A DNA stretch of 64,000 nucleotides from NCBI GenBank assembly GCA_965112155.1, contig OZ218103.1; one strand, given 5' to 3'. A program made the position numbers and the translations under genes. How positions within the stretch are numbered: the stretch's first letter is position 1; every line of letters begins with the position of its first letter. This DNA is from Podarcis liolepis (taxonomy: Eukaryota). The notes beneath the pieces were generated by a model, which did no database searches, had not been told where the DNA came from, and was given only the letters and a program-made list of their open reading frames with translations. Of the stretch, positions 39,107 through 51,095 are shown piece after piece.

Positions 39107-39193
39107 TATCATATAAGGGGTTATCCAATTTTATTCTGACTCTGTGAGGTTAGGCTGAGAATGACTCCCCCCCAGTAATCATCCAACACTCTA

Positions 39194-39419
39194 CAGTGGT
39201 ACCTCAGGTTACATATGCTTCAGGTTACAGACTCTGCTAACCCAGAAATAGTACCTTGGGTTAAGAACTTTGCTTCAGGATGAGAACAGAAATCATGCTC
39301 CGGCGGCACAGCGGCAGCAGGAGGCCCCATTACCTAAAGTGTTGCTTCAGGTTAAGAACAGTTTCAGGTTAAGTACGGACCTCCGGAACAAATTAATTAC
39401 TTATCCCGAGGTACCACTG
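39194..39419. mobile_element. Tc1/mariner (Tigger/pogo-like) MITE
   Basis: TA|CAGTGGTACCTC...GAGGTACCACTG|TA, with internal repeats of caggtta. Confidence 0.92.
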
Positions 39420-41313
39420 TACTCACTATAACATACTGCCTCTACTTTATCACTGTTTCGTGGCCAAACATTCAAATGGAAAGCAAACCAGACAGTTTCA
39501 TCATATAGTAGTTCACACATTAAATGACTGATTTTCGATGTGTTATCTCTTTGTAATATATTCATCCCTTCACACCTTTCCACTCCCTACAATATAATTT
39601 GATAGGGTTTTGATGAACAGCTGCACTGCATTTATAGCGCCACACACTTCAACACGTTTTCTTCTCTATGTCTACTTTTGTTCCTCTTGGCCTGAAATAG
39701 GCTGTGTATTTCTACTCTGTAATACGATTGCAAATGGCATTATTAAAACTGGTGTGGTGTTCCTTAGACCTTTAGAACATGGTGACTCCCTCTATGCCAG
39801 CACTTAGAATATTTATCTGCCTTGCTCCTCTTACAAGTATACATATGTATGCACTCCTCCTGATTTTCTGCTGGGCTGATGCTATAATTCGAAAATTCAT
39901 TTAAGTGATAAAATCTTCAGATCCAGTAGCACCAAGAAAAAAACGTGTTTTCAAGAAATTTGATTCTTAAAAGCTAAATCCCACGCTGAAGTATTTCAAG
40001 TTGTTTGATATTTCATATTTGTTCAGTTAGAATTTTAATTACATGTTAGTTTACCAAAATGGTTTAAGATAACAATTTTGTAGCATGGGATAGTCTTCAA
40101 CCCTGTGATGCACAGCTTAAGAGAAAACATGTTAAAATTGCCTTTTAAAAACTGCCCTTCCCTTGCAAATGTATATTTGTGCAAATTTTAGATCAGGGCT
40201 ATGCTAAAAGGAAAAAATACTTTTGCAATGAAATTGCAGGGGTGCCATGGGGAGATCAAAACTCTGTTGGGCAGAGCCATCCTGTATAATTGCTCTAATA
40301 CTAAAATTATTTCTATTCATATCTTTGCTATGAAAAAGAATAAGGGGCCCCTCATAAGCTACAGAGCCCAATCAATAGCAAAATGCATAAATAGACAGAG
40401 GTGTCAGGGAGGATCATGGCTGCCTAAATGGCTGTGGCCTCCTCATTGTTTATTCTCCAGTGTTTAAATTCACTTCATTTCTGAGTCAAAGGTCAATCTG
40501 AAACTCCTTGTATTTATTTTCCCAGTGAATTGGAGTAATCTAAATGCCCTGGTATTTCAAAGTGATGAATTATGTTAATGCACATTTGCAAACAATGTTT
40601 TAGACCTTATCAGAGGTGAACTTTGAAGGAATATCCATGTAAAGGTGAGAATATTCTTCCTATAAGGATTAGGATACAGTGGCTGCCATTGAATATTCAG
40701 AATCTGAACCATGAAAAAGGGGGAAAGTCGTATGCAAATCCTTCCTAGTTGACCCAGGGATAGGACCAGCTAATGCCATTTTGACACCCTAGGTGCAGTT
40801 TATATATATTTAAAAATATCTGCTTCCCTCCTTAGCATTGTCATATCTGGGCACATAGCATGTGCTGTCACAGCCTCCCACATATCATAATCCAGTCCAA
40901 GCCACAAGTGTAGTTTGTAATCAGAGAATGGGAAATAACCTCCAAGCACAGCAATCAGCTCTAGAGAGTGAGCCAAGCCACAGATCACTGGAGAAGTCAC
41001 AGATAATGCAATTCCCATCACTACTGGCCATTGTACATTCTGACTGGATATTGACTCAAGCAACATCTGGAGGGCACCAGGTTGGGGACAGCTGCTTTAA
41101 AAAGACTGGCCAAAAGCTTTTTTGAAGCCTGCCTCTAAAAGGATGTTGTCACATAGTAGCTTCTCCTTATTGTGTGTGGTGCTGTCATCTAAACTATTCA
41201 AAATCTGATCCTGCCAACGACGCAGGGAAGCTGGGCTATCGGTTTCAGCAAATCCCATCACTCCACCAAGCTCTTTCTCTTCTTGTTTTGCATTTCCTTG
41301 GCATTGAAGCTGA

Positions 41314-41315
<2 letters not shown>

Positions 41316-41358
<43 letters not shown>

Positions 41359-41400
41359 AATTTATATATCACTCTACACCCAGAGGTCTGCTGGGGCATC
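41316..41400 (-). mobile_element. (TTA)n tail plus a short L2-type 3' end
   Basis: About 14 TTA units followed by aaatttatatatcactctacacccagaggtc, resembling the L2 3' stem at 4313-4350. Confidence 0.55.
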
Positions 41401-43242
41401 AGTGCAAAGGCTACTTCCCCACCCCTCCAGTCCAGACATCTTTGTAGCCAAATAATGTGTGCTTTAAATTAAATACGTTTGCGTTGCACCCATCTGTAGA
41501 AATGTTGATCCAGACAGAGCTTTGGGTTTTAGCCTCCCATATGAGCTGGGGGGGGCGGGCAGGGGGCTGTGTAGACTAGGGCCTCCACGTTATATAAATA
41601 GGAAGTGCCACGGAACAAGTTTATGCCAATCATTTGGAGAGGATTCATAAATATAGAGCCCTTTTTCTGTGATAAATATAAGCACTCTCAGTTAAACAAT
41701 TACCCAAGTGTCAGGCAAAAATGAGTAAATTGTCGATCAGTCTTCTTAGAAGCCCTCATCCCTCTGGGCACAAAGGCGGGGGGGGAGCCAAAATTGTCTG
41801 CGAGGGGCTCCCAGCTAAATATGCCACATTCCACTAACTTTTATGTTCTACAAATAACGTGTCAAAAACAGCTCAGGGACCAAACGAGAGCAGGAGACAG
41901 CAGAGGAAGGAGACCACAAATGTTAGAACTTGGTGACAGCCCAAAACTGAAGCCAAGTATAGGTCTGTTAACTGCTGCAGCCCTCTCAAACACAGGGCCC
42001 TGGGGGTGTATTACAAGGCGCGGGTCTCCCTTTATGTGGCTGGAGCGACAGTTAGGTTTCTGGCACTGACTTCAAGTCAAAGAGCATCAGCCTGTTATTA
42101 CATGAGCAGTAAGGTAAGCTATGACTCAAGTGTCTGGACCAACAGGTATTAATCATCTGCATTACACATGGTGAGTAACTGACTCAGCGACACAACCTGG
42201 CCGGGGTGGGGGTGGGGAATAAAGCTGCAGGAAACCTCACTGGGTCTGGATTCCCAAAGTGGAAACATCTTTTTATGTCTCCTGAAGAAGTTGTTAAATA
42301 TTGTGCCTGAAGGAAAATTTGCAAAAGAAAGAAAGATCAACTGGATGTGTTCTATATGATAATGGGGGTGAATGCAAAGGTGACCCCGTGGTTTAACTGT
42401 TCGCAGTGGACACGCCGCTGTGTCAGGAGCTGGTTGTTGGAAGTTCCTGCAGAGAATTTTGTCACACATCTGAGCAGAATCTAGAGAAGCAGAGGATTGC
42501 TCTCCCACCCTTGTCTACACTGCCTGGTTCTCCAGGGTTGAAGCACCAACCCATTTTTCCCAGCCCTGCTTGGAGATGGTGGGGATTGAACATTGCATCT
42601 TCAGCAGATGCTCTACCACTGAGCTACAGTTCTGTTGTAAGCACTGTTCCTGGGACAATCTGTCTCAATGTGGTTCCCTACAGATGTTACTGGACTACAG
42701 CTCCCTTCATCCCTGACCATTGGATGTGTTTGCTGAGGCAGATAGGACTGGTAGCTCTACACTGGCTATCTCTGATCTACGTGAAGCAAGCACTGAACAC
42801 CCAGAATGTGCCATGCCAATTCAAATAATTTCCCCCTCTTCCACAGTGTAGTGATAGAGTAACATGGGAGTAAGGTTAGTAACATATTGAAATGGTCCAG
42901 GTGCCCAAGTTCTGTTCAAAGGCACGACTTCTCTGGCACAATGCTCAGAGCTCACCTTACCACTTTCATCATGGATGTGATGATTCATATCTGATTCATC
43001 CAGGGTGGGGCACAACTAATTAACATTTGTAAAATACCTTGTGGAAAAGGTGCTATAGATGAGCACACTGTTATTATTTCATTAGTCAGAGCTTTGTCAT
43101 TTGGCTCCTCCTAGGCAGCCCTGAGACAATTTCATTCCCCACATATCTTCTTCATTTGTATCCGGAGACACCTCTTTGGCCTCTGAGGTTTCTCAGTGAG
43201 CCTCTAACTCTACTGCTTCTGCTTGCAGTCTTGCCTTGTGGT

Positions 43243-43272
43243 GCAGCAGCAGCAGCAGCAGCAGCAACAGCA
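43243..43272. repeat. (GCA)n trinucleotide repeat
   Basis: Eight perfect units plus acagca. Confidence 0.95.
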
Positions 43273-43855
43273 AGGGATATTAATAGAATCCTGAAGATTC
43301 TTAGTGGTAGAACGGCCAACATTCGCTTTGGCATCATTACAAGTCTCACTTATTTTTCTTAAATAATCAGACCATGGCTTTTCCATGGCTTCATTTTTCT
43401 ACTTGCATATTCCCCAAAGAAGGAAAGAGGAGGATTCCAGAGCTCTGAATAAGGATGCATCATTAGGACAGGAAAATATTTAACCGTTTATGAATTTTCT
43501 GCTCCCCTCTATGGATGTTGAGCTATGCACACCGTGTGGTACAGCTGGATATTGAGCTATGCACACCATGTGGTATACATACAGTAGTTCAACAAAACAG
43601 AAATGTACTGTTGGCTCGCAAGTGGTCATTCTTCAATCACATTTTGTCTAAATGCCGGAACGAAGGGCTGCTGGTGGCATCTTCCTTTGCTTAGCCCTTG
43701 ATCCTGGTTTGGTTTGGGTGACTAGTTTATGCTGCAAACCTTGCAGTACATAGGAGGGCCTCTGTCCCAAGTGTCAGTGAGATTATGTGCACAAGGTGTG
43801 TAGTGTGGTGGTGGTGGGGGGTTATTTCCAGTGTGCAAGAGTCAGTTCCAAGAGT

Positions 43856-44045
43856 CATAGGAACATAGGAGTCTGTCTTATACTGAGTCAAATCACTGAT
43901 TCATCTAGTTCAATATTATCTACACTGACTGGTAGCTGCTCTCCAGAGTTTCAGCCAGGAACCTGCGCCAGCTCTGCCTGTAGCTTCCAGCAGCTGAACT
44001 TGAGACCTTCTGCAGGCACAGCAGATACCCTACCGCCGAACTATT
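43856..44045 (-). mobile_element. Squam3-like tRNA SINE
   Basis: cataggaacataggagtctgtcttatactgagtcaaatcactgattcatctagttcaatatt...gaacttgagaccttctgcaggcacagcaga, reverse complement of the 7024-7222 family. Confidence 0.75.
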
Positions 44046-44875
44046 CGTCAGCTGAGACACTCATCTTGAAGGGATATAATTAACCCAGAAGGTTCAGCCA
44101 TTATTGCCTTTATTGTCAACTGAAGTGATTAATACCAGAAGATAGTGGATATGCCAGAGTGCTGGTGGATAGTAGCAGAGGTTCCAAGTCATTTCAACGA
44201 TACCATGAACCTGACCCCGATGTCCTATGTCATACTTCATTTTCAGAAAGCAATAATAGCATTCCTTGGAAATGTGTCAAGTACTTTTTTACTGGCCAAG
44301 TGATCCAGCTAGCTGACTGTCATGGTTGCCAACAAACCAACAAACAAATTTACTTCTACAGATATATTTTTTTTTGGGGGGGGGGTGTCCGGGACACTAC
44401 TTGCTAGACAGGAGAAATGAAAGCTAGTTCCCTGACCTCTGCCCAGTTTTCCTGCCCCCAAATATATATTTATTTTTGCACATGCTCACTAACTTGGCCT
44501 GTGTAGCCTGTGGCTTGGTTTGGCTCACATTCTTGAATGATCTTCAGATGGCCTTTGGGATTGGGTTCAGTGTCAGCTTTCTCCATCTGTAAAACATAGG
44601 CAAAATTTTGGGCCATGTCTTCTTTGAATTTAATCTTCATAAAGAAGAACATAATGGATGAGTTTGTCCCCTTGTGAGGAAACACCCTGAAAGGACATGG
44701 GAATGGTACCTAGAATATTCTTGTCTGATACAAACAAGTTAATAACAGACTTACTGGCCATATTCCTCTTCTCTGTTTTGCAAGATGGCACTCCCATTTT
44801 AATGCTAATTTATATTTTAAGTTTCGTCATCTTTTGCAGCATATGGTATTTTTACCTTGTATGTTTCTGTATTAT

Positions 44876-45150
44876 ATTAAAAGCCCTAAACAGCTTCGGC
44901 CCTGTATACTTGAAGGAGCGTCTCCACCCCCATCGTTCAGCCTGGACACTGAGGTCCAGAGCTGAGGGCCTTCTCGGTAGTGGCGCCTGCCCCGTGGAAC
45001 GCCCTCCCATCAGATGTCAAGGAAATAAATAACTATCTGACTTTTAGAAGACGTCTGAAGGCAGCCCTGTTTAGGGTAGTTTTTAATGTTTGAAATCTTA
45101 TTCTGCTTTTTGGTCCTCCGTTGGGAGCCACCCAGAGTAGTAGTAGTAGT

Positions 45151-45201
<51 letters not shown>
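44876..45201 (+). mobile_element. L2 LINE 3' end with (TAG)n(TAT)n tail
   Basis: Encodes KALNSFGPVYLKERLHP..LRS, typical of the L2 ORF2 C-terminus. Continues gagggccttctcggtagtggcg...gccctcccatcagatgtcaaggaaata...gggagccacccagagt. Homolog at 48776-49007. Confidence 0.85.
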
Positions 45202-45916
45202 TGTTTCAATGCACATGCTTTTATTCTTCATATGCTTTGCTTTGGTGGGTCTGTGAACATATAATAAATGGTGATGATGAACAGGCCAATGTCTTCTAAA
45301 TGTTTCATCTTTTAGTAAAACGCTGCAAAATGTGTGCAATTTGTGGGTGTGATTTAATGTGCCTGGACTAATCCACTTGAGTTATCTGCTCTTTACATAC
45401 TCCTACCCCTTGCTTTGTGCTTAGAATGATTGCAGGCTGGGTTGCATAGAATTCTTTTGGCCTGGTACCATGTCTGGATGGTATTGCTTAGTGTCTGGGA
45501 GCTTGTAAACACATGCAGTCAATGTGCGTCTTAAGATGACTAGAACATTTTCTGTGGGCTCTGCCCTTCATTGCTGGGCCCTACCCTGGACCTGACCCAT
45601 TTACTTATAGGTCACCTCCCTTTGCTCTACTGGTTTCCACCCCCTTGCCCTACCAGCCTATTGGCTATTGTTAACCTTACACATGGCCATCAGGTAGCTC
45701 TTTTATTTAAAACAACGAGATATCAAAATGCCCTCATTTGCATTCATCATACATATTTGCTGTTTGAATTCTGAGCCTTTCAGAGGTCTGTTGCTGGGTT
45801 TGTCAAAGTCCACACATGCACAGATGCTTGTGACATCCAGAAATAACCTTTAAAAAATAGACGTGGGCCATCTCTAGTTCCTAAATGAAGAACTCATGAA
45901 CACGTGGATCAGACCA

Positions 45917-46256
45917 CAGACTCTCCAAGTGTCCCTATTTTCCAGGGATGTCCCTGATTTAGAGAAGCAGTCCCGGTTTCTCATTTGATCCCGGAACGTC
46001 CTACTTAGGATGTTCCTATTTATATTGTAGAAATGTTGGGGGGTGGGGTGAAGTTATTCGAACCCTGAGCCATCTGAAGGAAATCCTGTATAGGGTGGTT
46101 TTTTATATTTAATGTTTTATTATTAGGTTTTATATATGTTGGAAGCTGCCCAGAGTGGCTGGGGCAACCCATTAAGATGCATGGGGTATAAATAGTAAAA
46201 TTATTGTTATGGAATGGGACGTCCCTATTTTCATCGGAGAAATGTTGGAGGGTATG
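45917..46256. mobile_element. hAT-like MITE containing an L2 3' end
   Basis: TIRs cagactctccaa / ttggagggtatg, flanked by agacca on both sides. L2 3' end at ~46070-46207. Confidence 0.75.
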
Positions 46257-46321
46257 AGACCAAAGGCCCATCTCAACCAGGATTCCTTTTGCACAGTGGC
46301 TAGGAGGATACAAATGCAATA

Positions 46322-46669
46322 AAGGTACCCCTGCCCTACGGGCCAGTCGTGTCTGACTCTAGGGTTGTGCGCTCATCTCACTCCGGGAGCCAGCGCTGTC
46401 CGGAGACACTTCCGGGTCATGTGGCCAGCGTGACGAAGCTGCTCTAGCAAGCCAACACCAGCGCAGCACACGGAAACGCTGTTTACCTTCCCGCTGTAAA
46501 GCAGTACCTATTTATCTACTTGCACTTAAGGGTGCTTTCGAACTGCTAGGTGGGCAGGAGCTGGGACCGAAAGACAGGAGCTCACCCCACCGCGGGGATT
46601 TGAACCGCCGACCATGCGATCGGCAAGTCCTAGGCGCTGAGGTTTTACCCACAGCACCACCCGTGTCCC
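46322..46669 (-). mobile_element. Full-length Sauria SINE
   Basis: Reverse-complemented head (acagcaccacccgtgtccc), B-box region ggatttgaacc, core gtacctatttatctacttgcac, tail aaaggta. Perfect 13-bp TSD tacaaatgcaata (46309-46321 / 46670-46682). Confidence 0.95.
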
Positions 46670-46880
46670 TACAAATGCAATAGCATCCACCAAATACACA
46701 CTAAAGTACCCTTCTCTTACTACATTCAGCTGAGCAGCAGAATGTCATCCTTACTTGGGCCTAGTGAAAGATATATAGAGATTTCCCATCCAAACATTGC
46801 CTTTTCTGCTGCATAGGACTAGGAAATGTCCCAGGGACATACGCCTATGCCATGCCCAGGGGGTTCCAAGTAATTTACCA

Positions 46881-46958
46881 GAAGAAGAAGAAGAAGAAGA
46901 AGAAGGAGGAGGAGGAGGAGGAGGAGGAGGAGGAGGAGGAGGAGGAGGAGGAGGAGGA
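46881..46958. repeat. Compound (GAA)8(GGA)18 polypurine repeat
   Basis: Directly visible. Confidence 0.98.
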
Positions 46959-47116
46959 AATCTGTTGCCTATGACCCTTTTGCAAATTAGGTCCCTTTCT
47001 GGCCTAATTTAATCTCTCACTTTAAGATGAGAAAAGGGAAGATTAACACTGTGACCCTACTACTGTGATAGTGCTGTCCCACCCAGCAGAGCTTAATTCA
47101 TTGTCACCTGTGTGAG

Positions 47117-47125
47117 ACACACACA

Positions 47126-47178
<53 letters not shown>
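47117..47178. repeat. Compound (AC)13(AG)18 microsatellite
   Basis: Directly visible. Confidence 0.98.
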
Positions 47179-47182
<4 letters not shown>

Positions 47183-47505
47183 GGGGGCTCATACTGGCTC
47201 TTGGTTTTACATAAATCTGCCGCTAGAAGGATGCTGTGCTCAATTGAAAACATTTTCATTTTTTTCCTTTCATTTGATCTTTCTGCAACATACTTTTCAT
47301 ATTAATCTTGGCATTTCTCTCCCATCTGGTTTCAACTTTTGATTAGAAACTTGAAGTTCAACTTTAGCACTTTGAGACAGAGAAATGGGGATCCTAAAAC
47401 AATTAACCCCTTCAGCAGTTTATTCAACAGTGTTCCCAAAATATTTGACAGGAATATGTGACCATCACATGTGTATGTGTGTGCAAAGCCAACTGAAAGG
47501 AATAA

Positions 47506-47680
47506 ATAAAAAATTCCTTCCAGTAGCACCTTAAAGACCAACTAAGTTATTTCTTGGTATGAGCTTTCGTGTGCATGCATACCAAGCTCATATCAAGAAA
47601 TAACTTAGTTGGTCTTTAAGGTGCTACTGGAAGGAATTTTTAATTTTGACTATGGCAGACCAACACGGCTACCTATCTGT
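47506..47680. mobile_element. Penelope-like element terminal remnant forming a long inverted repeat
   Basis: 58-bp arms at 47509-47566 and 47584-47641 with one mismatch. cagtagcaccttaaagaccaac and gactatggcagaccaacacggctacc are motifs I recognise from reptile Penelope termini. Flanking duplication aactgaaa(g/a)gaataa (47491-47505 / 47681-47695). Confidence 0.8.
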
Positions 47681-48775
47681 AACTGAAAAGAATAATTTAT
47701 TGAACACAGGGAAGGCGGGGGTGATGGTATTACAAACTGATTGACCCCATTGCTGAGGACAGGAACAAAAATAATTGGACAATAATAATTGTGCAACACT
47801 ATTGCCAGGAAAGAATGTACAGAAAAGTGGCAAAAGCAAGTGACATGCCTAGCGTGGCTGCCAGATTTTGACAAAAGTGGCATTTGGGGGTCACTTCCAG
47901 ATTGGCTGTTTATAAAGCACAAAATGTGGGTGTTATTCTGCACTTTCCAGTGCTATTATCCTGCCACTTTTCTAACCGCAAGAAGTCTGATAAGAAAAGC
48001 GATGGAAAATTACCCTGAAAATATGTGATAACAATCACTCGCTGGCAATGTCAAACACATCAGATTGAATGCTCAGTAAACAGGCAACATTGTATAACTT
48101 CCATGCACATGTTCTGTGAGTGTATCAGCACAAATGCTCACAGCCAATCTTGGAAGTAACTTGAGGTGAGTTTGAGGGTCTTGATGAGCAAATCAGCTTA
48201 AGAATTTTAAACAAAGATAAAGGAATTGACTAAGTTTAGAGGTCAGGAATAGGCCAAGATGTTTTCTGGCCTGAAGTGGAGTATCAAATGCTTCTCACCA
48301 ACACCCACTCCAAGATCAAGGCTGGCCCAATTATTTTGACACCTGATGCAGAAAATCCCTACAAGTAAAAGTACAATTTTTAGAAAAACAGTTAAAGGTT
48401 TAGCAATTTGCTGCCTTTCACAACACACAGAATCAGCTGCTTGAGGCACCAACCTCACTCTGCCTAACAGTAGGGGCAGCCCTGTTAATGATATTGTGGA
48501 AGAGGTGGGTCACATAGATCCAGAGTTTGCTGCTGAATTTCACCTACAGTGAAATTTTACATTTCGGGGATACCCGAAGGAACTTTCAATAGGAATTAAA
48601 GGATTTTCAGTGCAAGTAGTGAAATTTCTTAATGGGCTTTTGAACATCTCTGGCATAACACACAAGATGCCATGCTGAAACAAGATGTGCTCTAATAGAA
48701 GAGGAGCAGGGAAGAGATATGAGCGCACAAGTCACGTTTGATTACCAGGGTACCATTAATGCTGCTTAACAATGA

Positions 48776-49007
48776 CAGAGGGCCTTCTCGGTAGTGGCGC
48801 CCACCCTATGTAACGCCCTTCCATCAGATGTCAAGGAAATAAACAACTATCTGACTTACAGAAGACATCTGAAGGCTTTCAGGGAGGTTTTCAATGTCTG
48901 ATGTTGTATTGCTTTTTTTATTAGTATTATAATTAATTCTGTTGGGAGTCACCCAGAGTGACTGGGGAAACCCAGCTAGTTGGGCGGGGTATAAATAATA
49001 AATTATT
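48776..49007 (+). mobile_element. L2 LINE 3' end
   Basis: Highly similar to 44964-45137. Ends gggcggggtataaataataaattatt. Confidence 0.85.
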
Positions 49008-49304
49008 GTATCATCAGCATTTTAGGAGTTGGGGATGCTAGAAACGAAAGCCTACAGCTCTGTGCTCTGGCTGATGGAAAGTTCTCAAAGGAAACCTACA
49101 GAATGGGTGGTGGCAGTAGCATATGTCCAGACTGCCATCTGTAGAGGCCCACCATGGTTTCCCAGAACCACCCTAAGAATAATGCTATGTGGGGCTATCG
49201 TGGCAAAATGGATGAGCAATGTTGATGCCCTGTATAGCTACCCTCCCCGTAGGGATAGGCCTTCAGTGTTAGAGCACCCACATCATCCCTAGGAAGGGCT
49301 AGGA

Positions 49305-49555
49305 CAGGAGAAAGCAAACTAAGGGCCGTGGGCAGGATGTGGCCCAATCGCCTTCTCAATCCAGCCCACGGACGGTCTGGAAATCAGCGTGCTTTTACAT
49401 GAGTAGAATGTGTCCTTTTATTTAAAATGCATCTCTGGGTTATTTGTGGGGCATAGGAATTCATTCATAATTTTTTTCCAAAATATAGTCCGTTCCACCA
49501 CATGGTCTGAGGGACAGTGGACCAGCCCACGGCTGAAAAAGGTTGCTGACCCCTG
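49305..49555 (-). mobile_element. Non-autonomous hAT element (inverted copy of 38344-38595)
   Basis: Ends caggagaaagcaaact / ggttgctgacccctg. Perfect 8-bp TSD ggctagga (49297-49304 / 49556-49563). Confidence 0.92.
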
Positions 49556-50714
49556 GGCTAGGAAAACACAGCTGGAAACCCTGGTAGCCACTGTCCTTCC
49601 CTATAGACAATGCTGAGGTAGATGGGCCAACAGCCTCAGCAATAGGCAGCTTCTTTTTATGCCCTTCACATCTGAAAAGCCACCCAAATGCCTCTCCTTA
49701 TTTGGCTTTGCCCTACCGTTAACAGTGACCGCATGTGGTGAGCCGCCAAAATGGCATTTGGGGGTAGCAAACAGCACTACATAGCTCCACACATCCAGGC
49801 TTGTCATAAGTTCATCTAGCAGGAAGTTCCATCTATTTGGGGTTTCATGTTCAGGTTGGGACTTTGCCTGGGCAACAATTGTATTCCTGGCTCTGGTACT
49901 TTCTGGCTCCCTCCAGCCTTGGTTGTTACTTCTAGCTTGACCCCAGTGCAATTCCTGGCTCCCAGCACCTGGCTCCAACATTGACAGCTGCTTACAGCTC
50001 TCCCCTGGCAGCCTTTTCAATCAACATAAATATGAACCGGGGTTCTAGAAACTAAACTGTTGCTCCAGATGACTCCCAAACTACAGGAGCCAGAAATCCA
50101 TTGATTGTTTAGGTTTGAGATCAAGTGGGCAGATTCCCCAGGGGCCAAATCCAAGCCTTCCAACAGCAGAAGGTGTCCCAAGGTGAAACATATCAAGCAT
50201 AACGATGCTGCAAGCAGAAGGCTGCAAGCAAACGAAAAGTATGCTTGAATACTTCCATGTGCACAGACGCAAGCCCCAGCACAAAATGTGTGCCCAATTA
50301 GCTTCCCTATGCAAAAGAGATTTTGTGGATGTAGCTTGATTTGTGAGGGGGCAGGAGCTCTGCTTATATGGAAGAGACTCTCCATATATGGCTCAAATAA
50401 TCAGGTGCCCTGAAGGAAAGATTGTTGACAAGAGAAAAAGGCTATAAGCATTAGTTAAGCAAACAAGAAAACAAACACAATAAGCCAAAAAGAGACATCC
50501 AGGGTGCTTCCAGACTGTCACTATTTTCAGACGGAATTAAATCACATTCCAGCAAATTCAGGTTGCATAATTTGTGCTGATATGGGGGTCTTGTGCAACA
50601 AACCTACTTCCTCCCTGAAACCAGACTTCTTTCCATAAGGAAAGTGACTGGAAAGTGTGGGATAACACTTGTTTGGTGTAATTATGCCCTCATCTGCACC
50701 ATACATTTAAAGTA

Positions 50715-51095
50715 CAGTGGTACCCAGAGCTTTTTTTCTTTAAAAAAATGTTTAGGGGTACTCGCATTTTTGAAATACTGCCCATCAATGAGGCCAAACT
50801 TAGATTCATAAAATGTTTAGGGGTATGCGTCCCCCCAGAAAAAAAGCACTGGTGGTACCTTGGTTTTCCAATGTAATCCATTCTGGAAGACTGTTCAAGT
50901 TCTGAAACATTCGAAAACCGAAAACTCAACAGCCGACAGCTGTTCTTGCCTCAGGATCTTGCACTCAGCAGAAACCACGTGGCATGTTCAACTTCTGAGG
51001 TGTGTTCCAAAACGGAAGCATTTACTTCCAGGTTTATGGTGCTTGAAAACCAAAATGTTTGTTAATGGAGATGTTCAAAAATCGAGGTACTACAG
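50715..51095. mobile_element. Tigger-like MITE (middle element of the nest)
   Basis: TA|CAGTGGTACC[insertion]TTGGTTTT...TCGAGGTACTACAG|TA. Confidence 0.82.
50725..50851. mobile_element. hAT MITE (inner element of the nest)
   Basis: TIRs cagagctttttttct / agaaaaaaagcactg. Perfect 8-bp TSD gtggtacc (50717-50724 / 50852-50859). Confidence 0.9.

Noticed and set aside
43156-43362. ORF resembling a signal peptide plus poly-Ala; similar low-complexity ORFs at 10217, 41174, 45010, 46797 and 47112
   Set aside because: Translations of microsatellites with no homology or exon structure.
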